Source: a virus (taxonomy: Duplodnaviria; Heunggongvirae; Uroviricota; Caudoviricetes). From it: a stretch of DNA of 47,939 bases. Of the stretch, positions 36,764-46,275 are shown one piece after another; the stretch's first letter is position 1, and the number at the start of each line of letters is the position of its first letter. The stretch lies in the IMG/VR virus record IMGVR_UViG_2802429228_000006; one strand, 5' to 3'. The translations under genes were made by a program, and so were the position numbers. The notes beneath the pieces were generated by a model. The model made no database searches. It worked only from the letters and a program-made list of their open reading frames with translations, and was not told the origin of the DNA.

Positions 36764-38385
36764 GCACAAAATTTTATACCCTGCTGACGGATATTGGCGC
36801 GGCGAAACTTGCCAGCGCCGCCGCGCTCGGTGTGCCTTTAAAAATTACCCATATGGCGGTCGGCGATGGCGGCGGAACATTGCCAACGCCGGACGCCAAG
36901 CAGACAGCATTGGTAAATGAGAAACGCCGGGCTGCGCTGAATATGCTCTATATCGACCCGCAGAACAGCAGCCAGATTATTGCTGAACAGGTGATCCCTG
37001 AAAACGAGGGCGGTTGGTGGATACGTGAAGTGGGCCTGTTTGATGAGTCCGGGGCATTGATTGCCGTGGGAAACTGCCCGGAAAGCTATAAGCCGCAACT
37101 GGCTGAAGGCAGCGGACGTACCCAGACCGTGCGCATGGTGCTGATAACCAGCAGCACGGACAATATCACCCTGAAAATCGACCCTGCCGTCGTGCTGGCA
37201 ACCCGCAAGTATGTGGATGATAAGGTACTGGAGCTGAAGGTGTACGTGGATGACCTGATGGCAAAACATCTTGCCGCACCGGACCCGCATTCACAGTATG
37301 CACCCAAAGAAAGTCCGACGTTTACCGGGACACCCAAAGCGCCAACGCCAGCAGCAGGGAATAACACCACGCAGATTGCGACCACCGCGTTTGTTCAGGC
37401 GGCTCTGACGGCTCTTATTAATGGTGCGCCAGCCACCCTGGACACGCTGAAAGAAATAGCCGCAGCCATTAACAATGATCCGAAATTCAGTACCACCATT
37501 AACAATGCACTGGCACAAAAAGCGCCGCTGTCGAGTCCGGCACTCACCGGAACGCCAACAGCTCCCACGGCGGCGCAGTCGGTCAACAATACACAGATTG
37601 CCACTACCGCTTTTGTGAAATCGGCAATTGCAGCAATGGTGGGTTCTGCACCTGCGGCACTGGATACGCTGAACGAACTGGCAGCGGCGCTGGGGAATGA
37701 TCCGAACTTTGCCACGACAATAACTAACTCCCTTGCGGGGAAGCAGCCAAAGGATGCTACTTTAACGGCGTTGGCAGGGCTTTCTACATCAAAAGATAAA
37801 CTCCCTTATTTTACAGGGGAAGATCGAGCTGCCTTAACTGCACTGACAAGTGTTGGGCGTACCATTCTTAGCAGGCCCAGCGCACAGGGCGTTCTTGATT
37901 ATCTTGGTTTAGGGGATGGCTCTGCATTACCTGTTGGTGTCCCTGTTCCGTGGCCTTCTGCCACTCCACCGACAGGCTGGCTGAAATGCAACGGAGCGGC
38001 TTTTTCGGCTGAAGAATATCCCAAACTGGCAAAGGTTTATCCGACAAATAAATTGCCTGATTTACGTGGTGAGTTTATTCGTGGCTGGGATGATGGGCGT
38101 GGTATTGATGCTGGGCGTGCTTTATTGAGCCTTCAGGCTGGAATGCTGGAAAAACACCGCCATATGGTTGTAGCCAACGATGGGTATGATTCAAAAGAGG
38201 AATGGGAACTGGCGGCAATCTTCAGAAAAGCATATACGCAAGGCCGGGGGCTTGATGCTGCCGATGCCGGAGGGACTCTGATTCCATCACCAACGCTACA
38301 TACACGAGGGAGTATTGGTAACACAGGTGGGAGCGAAACCCGTCCACGAAATATTGCATTTAACTATATCGTGAGAGCTGCGTAA
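36760..38385 (+). CDS. H: Tail fiber protein (P2 H homolog) with internal tandem repeats and a compositionally distinct C-terminal domain
   Basis: Conserved N-terminus MSTKFYTLLTDIGAAKLA; two ~60-aa repeats (NNTQIATTAFV...DTL.E.AAA..NDP.F.TTI.N.LA.K); less GC-rich 3' third. Confidence 0.85.
   Translation: MSTKFYTLLTDIGAAKLASAAALGVPLKITHMAVGDGGGTLPTPDAKQTALVNEKRRAALNMLYIDPQNSSQIIAEQVIPENEGGWWIREVGLFDESGALIAVGNCPESYKPQLAEGSGRTQTVRMVLITSSTDNITLKIDPAVVLATRKYVDDKVLELKVYVDDLMAKHLAAPDPHSQYAPKESPTFTGTPKAPTPAAGNNTTQIATTAFVQAALTALINGAPATLDTLKEIAAAINNDPKFSTTINNALAQKAPLSSPALTGTPTAPTAAQSVNNTQIATTAFVKSAIAAMVGSAPAALDTLNELAAALGNDPNFATTITNSLAGKQPKDATLTALAGLSTSKDKLPYFTGEDRAALTALTSVGRTILSRPSAQGVLDYLGLGDGSALPVGVPVPWPSATPPTGWLKCNGAAFSAEEYPKLAKVYPTNKLPDLRGEFIRGWDDGRGIDAGRALLSLQAGMLEKHRHMVVANDGYDSKEEWELAAIFRKAYTQGRGLDAADAGGTLIPSPTLHTRGSIGNTGGSETRPRNIAFNYIVRAA
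37310..37745 (+). repeat. Tandem duplicated ~60-codon module inside tail fiber gene H
   Basis: Two consecutive copies of the NNTQIATTAFV...DTL...NDP.F.TTI module in both protein and DNA. Confidence 0.6.
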
Positions 38386-38987
38386 TGGATAAAGCCGTAT
38401 TAAATAGCGAACTTATTGCCACGAAGGCGGGGAATATTACCGTCTATAACTATGATGGTGAAACACGGGAATATATTTCTGAATCAACTGAATATCTTGC
38501 TGTTGGCGTCGGTATTCCCGCACATTCGTGTTTAGATGCTCCTGGTTCATATAAGTCAGGTTATGTGTCCTGTCGAACTCTGGATTTGAGATCATGGGAA
38601 TATGTGCCAGACCATCGCGGTGAAATCGTCTATAACACCGAAACGGGGGACTCAAAAGAAATCACAGTGCCGGGAGATTACCCTGAAAAGACAACCACTA
38701 TTGCTCCGTTAACACCATACGATAAGTGGGATGGTGAGAAATGGGTGACGGATACCAAAGCGCAACATAACGCAGCAGTGGAAGGGGCTGAACTGCAACG
38801 CCAGTCACTGATTGATGATGCCATGTCTTCCATTGTTCTGATTCAACTAAAATTGCAGGCGGGAAGAAAATTAACTGCGGAAGAAACAGTAAAGCTCGAT
38901 TCCGTTCTTGACTATATCGACGTGGTAGCAGCAATAGATATCAGCACAGCCCCTGATATTAACTGGCCCAAACTACCAGAAATTTAA
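38385..38987 (+). CDS. G: Tail fiber assembly chaperone (P2 G homolog)
   Basis: 200 aa, start coupled to the H stop. Confidence 0.75.
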   Translation: MDKAVLNSELIATKAGNITVYNYDGETREYISESTEYLAVGVGIPAHSCLDAPGSYKSGYVSCRTLDLRSWEYVPDHRGEIVYNTETGDSKEITVPGDYPEKTTTIAPLTPYDKWDGEKWVTDTKAQHNAAVEGAELQRQSLIDDAMSSIVLIQLKLQAGRKLTAEETVKLDSVLDYIDVVAAIDISTAPDINWPKLPEI

Positions 38988-38994
38988 ATTCCTG

Positions 38995-39017
38995 CCCCGC
39001 GCCTGCGGGGATTTTTT
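38995..39017 (+). terminator. Rho-independent terminator after G
   Basis: ccccgcgcctgcgggg followed by attttttc. Confidence 0.55.
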
Positions 39018-39028
39018 CGCCCCGTCGT

Positions 39029-39046
39029 TGTGCCATTTTCCATACA
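39029..39046 (+). promoter_or_regulatory. Ogr/Delta activator site (TGT-N12-ACA) of a P_F-like late promoter
   Basis: tgtgccattttccataca about 80 bp upstream of the FI ATG. Confidence 0.5.
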
Positions 39047-39121
39047 AAACCCATCGCGTGCACCCTGCGTGTATCAACCAGAACATAGGCAGACCCCCTC
39101 TACAACCGGAGAGACTGCCTT

Positions 39122-40294
39122 ATGGCTCAGGATTACCACCACGGGGTGCGCGTTGTTGAAGTCAACGAAGGCACCCGATCCATTACCACGGTGAGCACCG
39201 CCATCGTGGGCATGGTCTGCACGGGCGATGATGCCGATGCAAAAATGTTTCCTCTTAATAAACCCGTACTGATCACTGATGTGCTGACTGCCAGCGGTAA
39301 AGCGGGTGAGTCCGGCACGCTGGCCCGTTCGCTGGATGCCATCGCTGACCAGGCAAAACCCGTGACCGTTGTTGTGCGTGTGCCGCAGGGTGAAACGGAA
39401 GACGAAACCACGACCAATATCATCGGCGCAGTGACTGCTGAAGGTAAAAAAACAGGTATGAAAGCCCTGTTATCTGCCCAGTCACAGCTCGGCGTTAAAC
39501 CGCGCATTCTGGGTGTACCTGGTCACGACACCAAGGCGGTAGCTACTGAGTTGCTGAGCGTGGCGCAAAGCCTGCGTGGGTTTGCTTACCTGTCAGCGTA
39601 TGGCTGCAAGACGATACAGGAGGCGATCACTTACCGTGAAAACTTCAGCCAGCGCGAAGGGATGCTGATCTGGCCTGACTTTACTGGCTGGGACACGGTG
39701 CTGAATGCCGAAGCAACGGCATATGCCACCGCCCGTGCGCTTGGTCTGCGCGCCAAAATTGACGAGCAGACCGGATGGCACAAAAGCCTGTCCAACGTGG
39801 GCGTGAACGGTGTCACCGGAATTTCTGCAGATGTGTTCTGGGATCTGCAGGACCCGGCAACCGATGCAGGTCTGCTGAACCAGAACGACGTCACCACGCT
39901 TGTGCGTAAAGACGGTTTCCGCTTCTGGGGTTCCCGCTGCCTGAGTGATGACCCGCTCTTTGCCTTCGAAAACTACACCCGCACGGCGCAGGTGCTGATG
40001 GACACGATGGCAGAAGCACACATGTGGGCGGTGGATAAACCGCTTAACCCGTCGCTGGCCCGCGACATTATCGAAGGTATCCGCGCCAAAATGCGCAGCC
40101 TGGTCAGTCAGGGCTATCTCATTGGTGGTGATTGCTGGCTGGATGAGTCGGTGAACGACAAAGACACGCTGAAAGCCGGAAAACTCACCATCGACTACGA
40201 CTACACGCCAGTGCCGCCACTTGAAAACCTGATGCTGCGTCAGCGCATCACCGATCAGTACCTGGTGAATTTCGCCAGCCAGGTCAGCGCGTAA
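39122..40294 (+). CDS. FI: Tail sheath protein (P2 FI homolog)
   Basis: 390-aa contractile sheath protein. Confidence 0.9.
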   Translation: MAQDYHHGVRVVEVNEGTRSITTVSTAIVGMVCTGDDADAKMFPLNKPVLITDVLTASGKAGESGTLARSLDAIADQAKPVTVVVRVPQGETEDETTTNIIGAVTAEGKKTGMKALLSAQSQLGVKPRILGVPGHDTKAVATELLSVAQSLRGFAYLSAYGCKTIQEAITYRENFSQREGMLIWPDFTGWDTVLNAEATAYATARALGLRAKIDEQTGWHKSLSNVGVNGVTGISADVFWDLQDPATDAGLLNQNDVTTLVRKDGFRFWGSRCLSDDPLFAFENYTRTAQVLMDTMAEAHMWAVDKPLNPSLARDIIEGIRAKMRSLVSQGYLIGGDCWLDESVNDKDTLKAGKLTIDYDYTPVPPLENLMLRQRITDQYLVNFASQVSA

Positions 40295-40303
40295 GGGGAC
40301 AAC

Positions 40304-40819
40304 ATGGCTTTACCACGCAAATTAAAACACCTGAACCTGTTTAACGACGGGAACAACTGGCAGGGGATCGTTGAGTCGCTGACGCTGCCGAAATTTACCC
40401 GCAAATATGAGAAGTATCGCGGCGGCGGAATGCCGGGTGCGGTGGATGTGGATCTGGGGCTTGATGACAGTGCGCTGGACACAGAATTTTCCATTGGTGG
40501 TACTGAATTGCTGCTGTTTAAACAGATGGGTAAAGCCACGGTGGATGGCATCCAGCTGCGCTTTACCGGCTCTATTCAGCGTGACGATACCGGGGAAGTG
40601 CAGGCCGTGGAGCTTGTCGTGCGTGGACGTCACAAAGAAGTGGATTCCGGCGAGTGGAAGACGGGCGAAAGCAACACCACCAAAGTGACCAGTACCAACA
40701 GCTACGCGAAGCTGACCATCAATGGTGAGGTGCTCTATGAAGTGGACCTTATCAACATGGTGGAAATTGTGGACGGTGTGGACCTGATGGAAGCGCACCG
40801 CAACGCCCTCGGCCTCTGA
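40304..40819 (+). CDS. FII: Tail tube protein (P2 FII homolog)
   Basis: 171 aa. Confidence 0.9.
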   Translation: MALPRKLKHLNLFNDGNNWQGIVESLTLPKFTRKYEKYRGGGMPGAVDVDLGLDDSALDTEFSIGGTELLLFKQMGKATVDGIQLRFTGSIQRDDTGEVQAVELVVRGRHKEVDSGEWKTGESNTTKVTSTNSYAKLTINGEVLYEVDLINMVEIVDGVDLMEAHRNALGL

Positions 40820-40873
40820 TATATCTGAACGGCGCGGGATACCGCGCCAGAACCCAATTGACAGGACAGCAAA

Positions 40874-41176
40874 ATGAGCGATAAGCAGACTGAAAAGACC
40901 ATTCAACTGGATACCCCCATCAAGCGCGGTAAAACAGAAATCACCGAAATTGTGCTGCGTAAACCGCAGTCCGGTGCGCTGCGCGGTACACGCCTGCAGG
41001 CCATTATGGATATGGATGTAAACGCGATGATGACCGTGATCCCCCGCATCTCCAGTCCGGCACTGACTGCACAGGAAATTGCAGAGATGGACCCGGCAGA
41101 TCTCACTGCCATGTCGGTTGAGGTTGTCACTTTTTTATTGAAGAAGTCGGTGCTTGCCGGTTTACCGACAGCCTGA
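40874..41176 (+). CDS. E: Tail assembly chaperone E (zero-frame product)
   Basis: 100-aa ORF upstream of the tape measure gene. Confidence 0.8.
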   Translation: MSDKQTEKTIQLDTPIKRGKTEITEIVLRKPQSGALRGTRLQAIMDMDVNAMMTVIPRISSPALTAQEIAEMDPADLTAMSVEVVTFLLKKSVLAGLPTA

Positions 41177-41310
41177 CGGTTGACGATCTGGTGGCAGATA
41201 TCGCCACCATTTTTCACTGGCCGCCATCCGTTACTGACGTTATGCCGCTGACCGAAGTGCTGGAATGGCGGTATAAAGCGATTCAGAGAAGCGGGGCCAA
41301 CGATGAGTGA
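40874..41310 (+). CDS. E': E' (E+E' fusion) made by programmed -1 ribosomal frameshift at T_TTT_TTA (about 41131..41137)
   Basis: Slippery heptamer in E-frame codons ACT TTT TTA; the -1 frame then reads ...FFIEEVGACRFTDSLTVDDLVADIATIFHWPPSVTDVMPLTEVLEWRYKAIQRSGANDE to a TGA overlapping the T start. Confidence 0.65.
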
Positions 41311-44300
41311 TAACAACCTGCGTCTGCAGGTCATTCTTAATGCGGTTGACAAGCTCACCCGCCCATTTCGATCTGCGCAGGCCAGTTCAAGAGAACTGGC
41401 TGCTGCTGTCAAAAAATCCCGCGATGCAATAAAGCAGCTTGATCAGGCCGGGAGCAGTCTGGACAGCTTCCGAAAGCTGCAGGCAGAAAATCAGAAATTA
41501 GGCGACAGGCTGAACTATGCCCGCCAGCGTGCAAATTTGCTCAGTCAGGAACTGGGAGCGATGGGGCCGCCTTCGCAACGTCAGGTTGTTGCTCTGGGCC
41601 GTCAACGGCTGGCTGTTCAGCGCCTGGAAGAACGCCAGAAAAAGCTGCAGCGGCAGACGGCGCTTGTGCGTGCTGAACTGTACCGGGCGGGAATTTCTGC
41701 GAAAGACGATGCGGGAGCAACTGCCCGTTTAGCCCGTGAAACATCACGTTATAACCAGGAACTTTCGAAACAGGAGGCGCGGCTGAAGCGACTGGGGGAA
41801 GCTCAGCGCAGGATGAATGCAGCGCGTGCCAGTTATGCCCGTTCGCTGGAGGTGCGTGATCGTATTGCAGGTGCCGGAGCCACCACCACGGCTGCAGGGC
41901 TGGCAATGGGTGCGCCAGTGATGGCGGCAGTAAAAAGCTATACCAGCATGGAAGATGCCATGAAAGGTGTGGCAAAGCAGGTCAGTGGTCTGCGTGACGA
42001 TAATGGCAACCGCACTGCACGTTTTTATGAAATGCAGGATGCCATCAAGGCTGCCAGCGAACAGTTGCCGATGGAAAACGGTGCGGTGGACTTCGCTGCA
42101 CTGGTTGAAGGTGGTGCGCGCATGAACGTCGCAAACCCTGACGACAGCTGGGAAGATCAGAAACGTGACCTGCTGGCCTTCGCCAGTACGGCAGCAAAGG
42201 CGGCAACAGCCTTTGAGCTGCCAGCGGATGAACTGTCAGAAAGTCTGGGGAAAATCGCCCAGCTCTACAAAATCCCCACCCGCAATATTGAACAGCTCGG
42301 TGATGCGCTGAACTATCTGGATGATAACGCCATGTCGAAAGGGGCAGACATCATTGATGTGATGCAACGTCTGGGCGGTGTGGCTGACCGTCTGGATTAT
42401 CGTAAAGCGGCGGCGCTGGGTTCCACCTTCCTGACACTGGGCGCTGCGCCAGAGGTTGCAGCCAGTGCAGCAAACGCGATGGTGCGTGAATTGTCCATTG
42501 CCACCATGCAAAGCAAGAGTTTCTTTGAAGGGATGAATCTGCTGAAACTCAATCCTGAAGTGATTGAAAAGCAGATGACGAAGGATGCGATGGGAACCAT
42601 CCAGCGCGTGCTGGAGAAGGTAAACGCGCTGCCGCAGGACAAGCGCCTGTCTGCCATGACTATGTTGTTTGGTAAAGAGTTTGGCGATGACGCGGCGAAA
42701 CTGGCAAACAACCTGCCGGAACTGCAGCGTCAGTTAAAACTGACAGCGGGCAATGATGCGCTTGGCTCCATGCAGAAAGAATCCGACATTAACAAGGATT
42801 CACTTTCTGCGCAGTGGTTGCTGGTCAAAACCGGAGCGCAGAACACCTTCAGCAGCCTGGGCGAAACGCTGCGCCAGCCGCTGATGGATATTCTGTACAC
42901 GGTGAAAAGCGTCACGGGGGCGTTGCGTCGCTGGGTGGAAGCTAACCCGGAACTGACAGGCACACTGATGAAAGCATCGGCTGTTGTGGCTGCGGTTACC
43001 GTCGGCCTCGGCACCTTAGCGGTGGCGCTGGCTGCAGTGCTGGGGCCGCTGGCAGTGATCCGTCTGGGATTCTCTGTGTTGGGTATCAAAACGTTATCTT
43101 CCGTTACGGCAGCAGTAACTCGAACCAGCAGCGCGTTGTCCTGGCTGGCTGGCGCACCACTGGCACTGCTGCGACGCGGGCTTGCTTCATCGGGCAACGC
43201 CGCAGGTTTACTTACTGCGCCGTTGTCGTCTTTGCGCCGCACGGCATCACTGACGGGAAATGTCCTGAAAACTGTAGCAGGTGCGCCGGTTGCACTTTTG
43301 CGGTCTGGATTATCCGGTTTACGTGCTGTTGCTGTGATGTTTATGAATCCTCTGGCGGTACTGCGCGGTGGACTGGCCGCCGCAGGCACGGTGCTGCGAG
43401 TACTGGCATCTGGTCCACTGGCGATGCTGCGCGTTGCCCTGTATGCCATATCTGGTCTGTTAGGTGCTCTGCTCAGTCCGATAGGTCTTGTGGTTACTGC
43501 ACTGGCGGGCGTGGCGCTGGTTGTCTGGAAATACTGGCAACCTATCACCGCATTTCTCGGTGGCGTGGTGGAAGGATTCAAAGCGGCGGCAGGTCCCATC
43601 AGTGCAGCGTTCGAACCGCTTAAGCCCGTGTTCCAGTGGATTGGCGACAAAGTGCAGGCGCTGTGGGGCTGGTTTACTGATCTGCTGACGCCCGTTAAGT
43701 CGACCTCTGCCGAACTGCAGAGCGCAGCGGCAATGGGGCGGCGATTCGGGGAGGCACTGGCGGAAGGGCTGAATATGGTCATGCATCCGCTGGACTCCCT
43801 GAAATCCGGCGTTTCCTGGTTGCTGGAGAAGCTCGGCATTGTCAGTAAAGAGGCCGCAAAGGCAAAACTGCCGGAAAGCGTGACGCGTCAGCAACCTGCG
43901 ACGGTGAATGCAGACGGTAAAGTGATGATGCCATCGGGTGGTTTTCCATCATGGGGATATGGCTTTGCGGGGATGTATGACAGCGGCGGGTATATCCCGC
44001 GCGGGCAGTTTGGCATCGTCGGTGAAAACGGGCCGGAAATTGTTAACGGCCCGGCAAATGTGACCAGCCGGAGAAATACAGCTGCACTGGCTGCCGTTGT
44101 TGCCGGAATGATGGGCGTTGCTGCCGCGCCAGCAGAGCTTCCACCGTTGCACCCCTTGGCACTTCCCGCGAAAGGTGGAGAAGCAATTGTGAGTCGCGCA
44201 GCCACTGTGCCACTCGTTCAACGGATTGAGGCACCGACGCAGATCATCATTCAGACGCAGCCAGGACAAAGTGCGCAGGATATTGCGCGGGAGGTGGCAC

Positions 44301-44380
44301 GCCAGCTTGATGAACGTGAACGCAGGCTGAAGGCAAAAGCCAGGAGTAACTACAGCGATCAGGGGGGATACGACGCATGA
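41303..44380 (+). CDS. T: Tail tape measure protein (P2 T homolog)
   Basis: 1025 aa with coiled-coil N-terminal half and periodic hydrophobic repeats. Confidence 0.9.
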   Translation: MSDNNLRLQVILNAVDKLTRPFRSAQASSRELAAAVKKSRDAIKQLDQAGSSLDSFRKLQAENQKLGDRLNYARQRANLLSQELGAMGPPSQRQVVALGRQRLAVQRLEERQKKLQRQTALVRAELYRAGISAKDDAGATARLARETSRYNQELSKQEARLKRLGEAQRRMNAARASYARSLEVRDRIAGAGATTTAAGLAMGAPVMAAVKSYTSMEDAMKGVAKQVSGLRDDNGNRTARFYEMQDAIKAASEQLPMENGAVDFAALVEGGARMNVANPDDSWEDQKRDLLAFASTAAKAATAFELPADELSESLGKIAQLYKIPTRNIEQLGDALNYLDDNAMSKGADIIDVMQRLGGVADRLDYRKAAALGSTFLTLGAAPEVAASAANAMVRELSIATMQSKSFFEGMNLLKLNPEVIEKQMTKDAMGTIQRVLEKVNALPQDKRLSAMTMLFGKEFGDDAAKLANNLPELQRQLKLTAGNDALGSMQKESDINKDSLSAQWLLVKTGAQNTFSSLGETLRQPLMDILYTVKSVTGALRRWVEANPELTGTLMKASAVVAAVTVGLGTLAVALAAVLGPLAVIRLGFSVLGIKTLSSVTAAVTRTSSALSWLAGAPLALLRRGLASSGNAAGLLTAPLSSLRRTASLTGNVLKTVAGAPVALLRSGLSGLRAVAVMFMNPLAVLRGGLAAAGTVLRVLASGPLAMLRVALYAISGLLGALLSPIGLVVTALAGVALVVWKYWQPITAFLGGVVEGFKAAAGPISAAFEPLKPVFQWIGDKVQALWGWFTDLLTPVKSTSAELQSAAAMGRRFGEALAEGLNMVMHPLDSLKSGVSWLLEKLGIVSKEAAKAKLPESVTRQQPATVNADGKVMMPSGGFPSWGYGFAGMYDSGGYIPRGQFGIVGENGPEIVNGPANVTSRRNTAALAAVVAGMMGVAAAPAELPPLHPLALPAKGGEAIVSRAATVPLVQRIEAPTQIIIQTQPGQSAQDIAREVARQLDERERRLKAKARSNYSDQGGYDA

Positions 44381-44862
44381 TGATGGTGCTGGGATTGTAC
44401 GTGTTTATGCTGCGCACCGTTCCGTATCAGGAACTGCAGTATCAACGCAGCTGGCGACATGCGGCAAACAGTCGGGTAAACCGACGTCCGTCCACGCAGT
44501 TTCTGGGACCGGAAAACGACATGCTGACGCTTTCCGGTGTTCTTATGCCGGAAATAACAGGCGGCAGGCTGTCGTTGCTGGCACTGGAGCAGATGGCAGA
44601 ACAGGGGAAAGCATGGCCCCTGATTGAAGGCAGCGGCACGATTTACGGCATGTATGTGATTGAGGGACTGAATCAGACTAAAACGGAGTTTTTCCGCGAC
44701 GGTATGCCGCGCCGGATTGAGTTCACCCTGTCGCTCAAACGAGTGGATGAATCCCTGTCCGATATGTTCGGTGATCTCAGTGCGCAACTGAATAATCTGC
44801 AGGACACGGCAACGTCTGCCTTAAGCGATATCAGTAAAACGGTGGGAGGGCTGCTGTCGTGA
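44377..44862 (+). CDS. U: Tail protein U
   Basis: 161 aa. Confidence 0.85.
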   Translation: MMMVLGLYVFMLRTVPYQELQYQRSWRHAANSRVNRRPSTQFLGPENDMLTLSGVLMPEITGGRLSLLALEQMAEQGKAWPLIEGSGTIYGMYVIEGLNQTKTEFFRDGMPRRIEFTLSLKRVDESLSDMFGDLSAQLNNLQDTATSALSDISKTVGGLLS

Positions 44863-45959
44863 ATTTCAGCTCTGAACTGCTTAACAAAGGCAACAAAACT
44901 CCCGCATTCAGCATCAGTATTGAGGGCAGGGATATCACCACTGTGCTGGATAACCGCCTGATGAGTTTGACGCTGACGGATAACCGGGGCTTTGAAGCGG
45001 ACCAGCTTGATCTGGAGCTGGATGACGCTGACGGAAAAATCGTGCTGCCGCGCCGTGGTGCGGTTATTACGCTGGCGCTGGGCTGGAAGGGGCAGCCGCT
45101 TTTCCCGAAAGGGGCATTCACAGTGGACGAGATTGAACACACTGGCGCACCGGACCGCCTGACTATCCGGGCGCGAAGTGCTGATTTTCGGGAAACGCTG
45201 AATACCCGCCGTGAAAAATCGTGGCATAAGACCACCGTCGGGGAAGTGGTGAAGGAAATAGCCGCGCGGCACAAGCTGAAGATGGCACTGGGTAAAGACC
45301 TGTCGGATAAGCCCGTGGAGCATATAGACCAGACTAATGAGAGTGACGGCAGTTTTCTGATGCGGCTGGCGCGACAGTACGGTGCCATCGCGTCGGTGAA
45401 AAATGGCAATCTGTTATTCATCCGGCAGGGGCAGGGCAAAAGCGCCACTGGTAAACCTCTGCCAGTGATCACTATCACACGCAAGGACGGCGACAGTCAC
45501 CGATTTACCCTGGCAGATCGCGGAGCCTACACGGGCGTAATTGCCAGCTGGTTGCATACCCGCGAACCTGCGAAGAAAGAAAGCACCACGGTGAAGCGTA
45601 AGCGCAGAACTAAGAAGCAGAAGAAAGAGCCGGAAGCGAAGCAGGGCGATTACCTGGTGGGTACGGATGAAAACGTGCTGGTACTTAATCGCACTTATGC
45701 CAACCGGAGCAACGCTGAACGGGCAGCGAAAATGCAGTGGGAACGCCTGCAACGCGGCGTTGCGTCATTCTCGCTACAACTGGCGGAAGGGCGGGCAGAT
45801 CTTTACACGGAAATGCCAGTGAAAGTTAGTGGCTTTAAACAACCGATAGATGATGCGGAATGGACCATTACGACTCTGACTCATACCGTCAGCCCGGATA
45901 ATGGTTTTACGACCAGTATTGAACTCGAAGTGAAGATTGATGATCTTGAAATGGAATAA
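44859..45959 (+). CDS. D: Tail protein D (late control gene D family)
   Basis: 366 aa. Confidence 0.85.
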   Translation: MNFSSELLNKGNKTPAFSISIEGRDITTVLDNRLMSLTLTDNRGFEADQLDLELDDADGKIVLPRRGAVITLALGWKGQPLFPKGAFTVDEIEHTGAPDRLTIRARSADFRETLNTRREKSWHKTTVGEVVKEIAARHKLKMALGKDLSDKPVEHIDQTNESDGSFLMRLARQYGAIASVKNGNLLFIRQGQGKSATGKPLPVITITRKDGDSHRFTLADRGAYTGVIASWLHTREPAKKESTTVKRKRRTKKQKKEPEAKQGDYLVGTDENVLVLNRTYANRSNAERAAKMQWERLQRGVASFSLQLAEGRADLYTEMPVKVSGFKQPIDDAEWTITTLTHTVSPDNGFTTSIELEVKIDDLEME

Positions 45960-46027
45960 AGTGTTCTCAATATTGATATTTTGTGTATCATTACAATGAT
46001 TCTGATAGCAAAGGTAGGGATCTGGAT

Positions 46028-46246
46028 ATGATGAATTGTCCAAAGTGTGGTCATGCGGCACACACAAGGAGCAGTTTTCAAGTAACTGAAAGCACCAAAG
46101 AGCGTTACTGCCAGTGCCAAAATATTAACTGCGGGAGCACTTTTGTTACCCATGAAACAGTGGTCCGGTTTATTGTGACACCCGCACTGATTGCTACTGC
46201 TCCTCCACATCCATTGCCAGGTGGTCAGGGGCATATGAATTTTTGA
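46028..46246 (+). CDS. ogr: Ogr, late-gene zinc-finger transcriptional activator
   Basis: MMNCPKCGHAAHTRSS...CQCQNINCGSTF matches the Ogr C2C2 zinc finger; start chosen at the homolog N-terminus. Confidence 0.8.
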   Translation: MMNCPKCGHAAHTRSSFQVTESTKERYCQCQNINCGSTFVTHETVVRFIVTPALIATAPPHPLPGGQGHMNF

Positions 46247-46253
46247 GAAAGAG

Positions 46254-46275
46254 AACCTGCTACGGCAGGTTTTTA
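46254..46275. terminator. Bidirectional terminator between ogr and the convergent cargo gene
   Basis: aacctgctacggcaggtt followed by ttta. Confidence 0.5.

Noticed and set aside
37745-38987. Invertible tail-fiber segment (Mu G / P1 C type)
   Set aside because: No Gin/Cin/Pin-type invertase gene and no inverted-repeat crossover sites flank H-G; the composition shift is better explained by cassette replacement.
40322-40906. 194-aa minus-strand ORF across FII/E
   Set aside because: Antisense to the tail tube gene; shadow ORF.
42730-43839. 369-aa minus-strand ORF inside the tape measure gene
   Set aside because: Antisense to T; Ser/Ala/Pro/Arg-rich translation typical of reverse reading of GC-rich repeats.
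44673-45484. Minus-strand ORFs (216 and 217 aa) overlapping U and D
   Set aside because: Antisense to conserved tail genes; no RBS.
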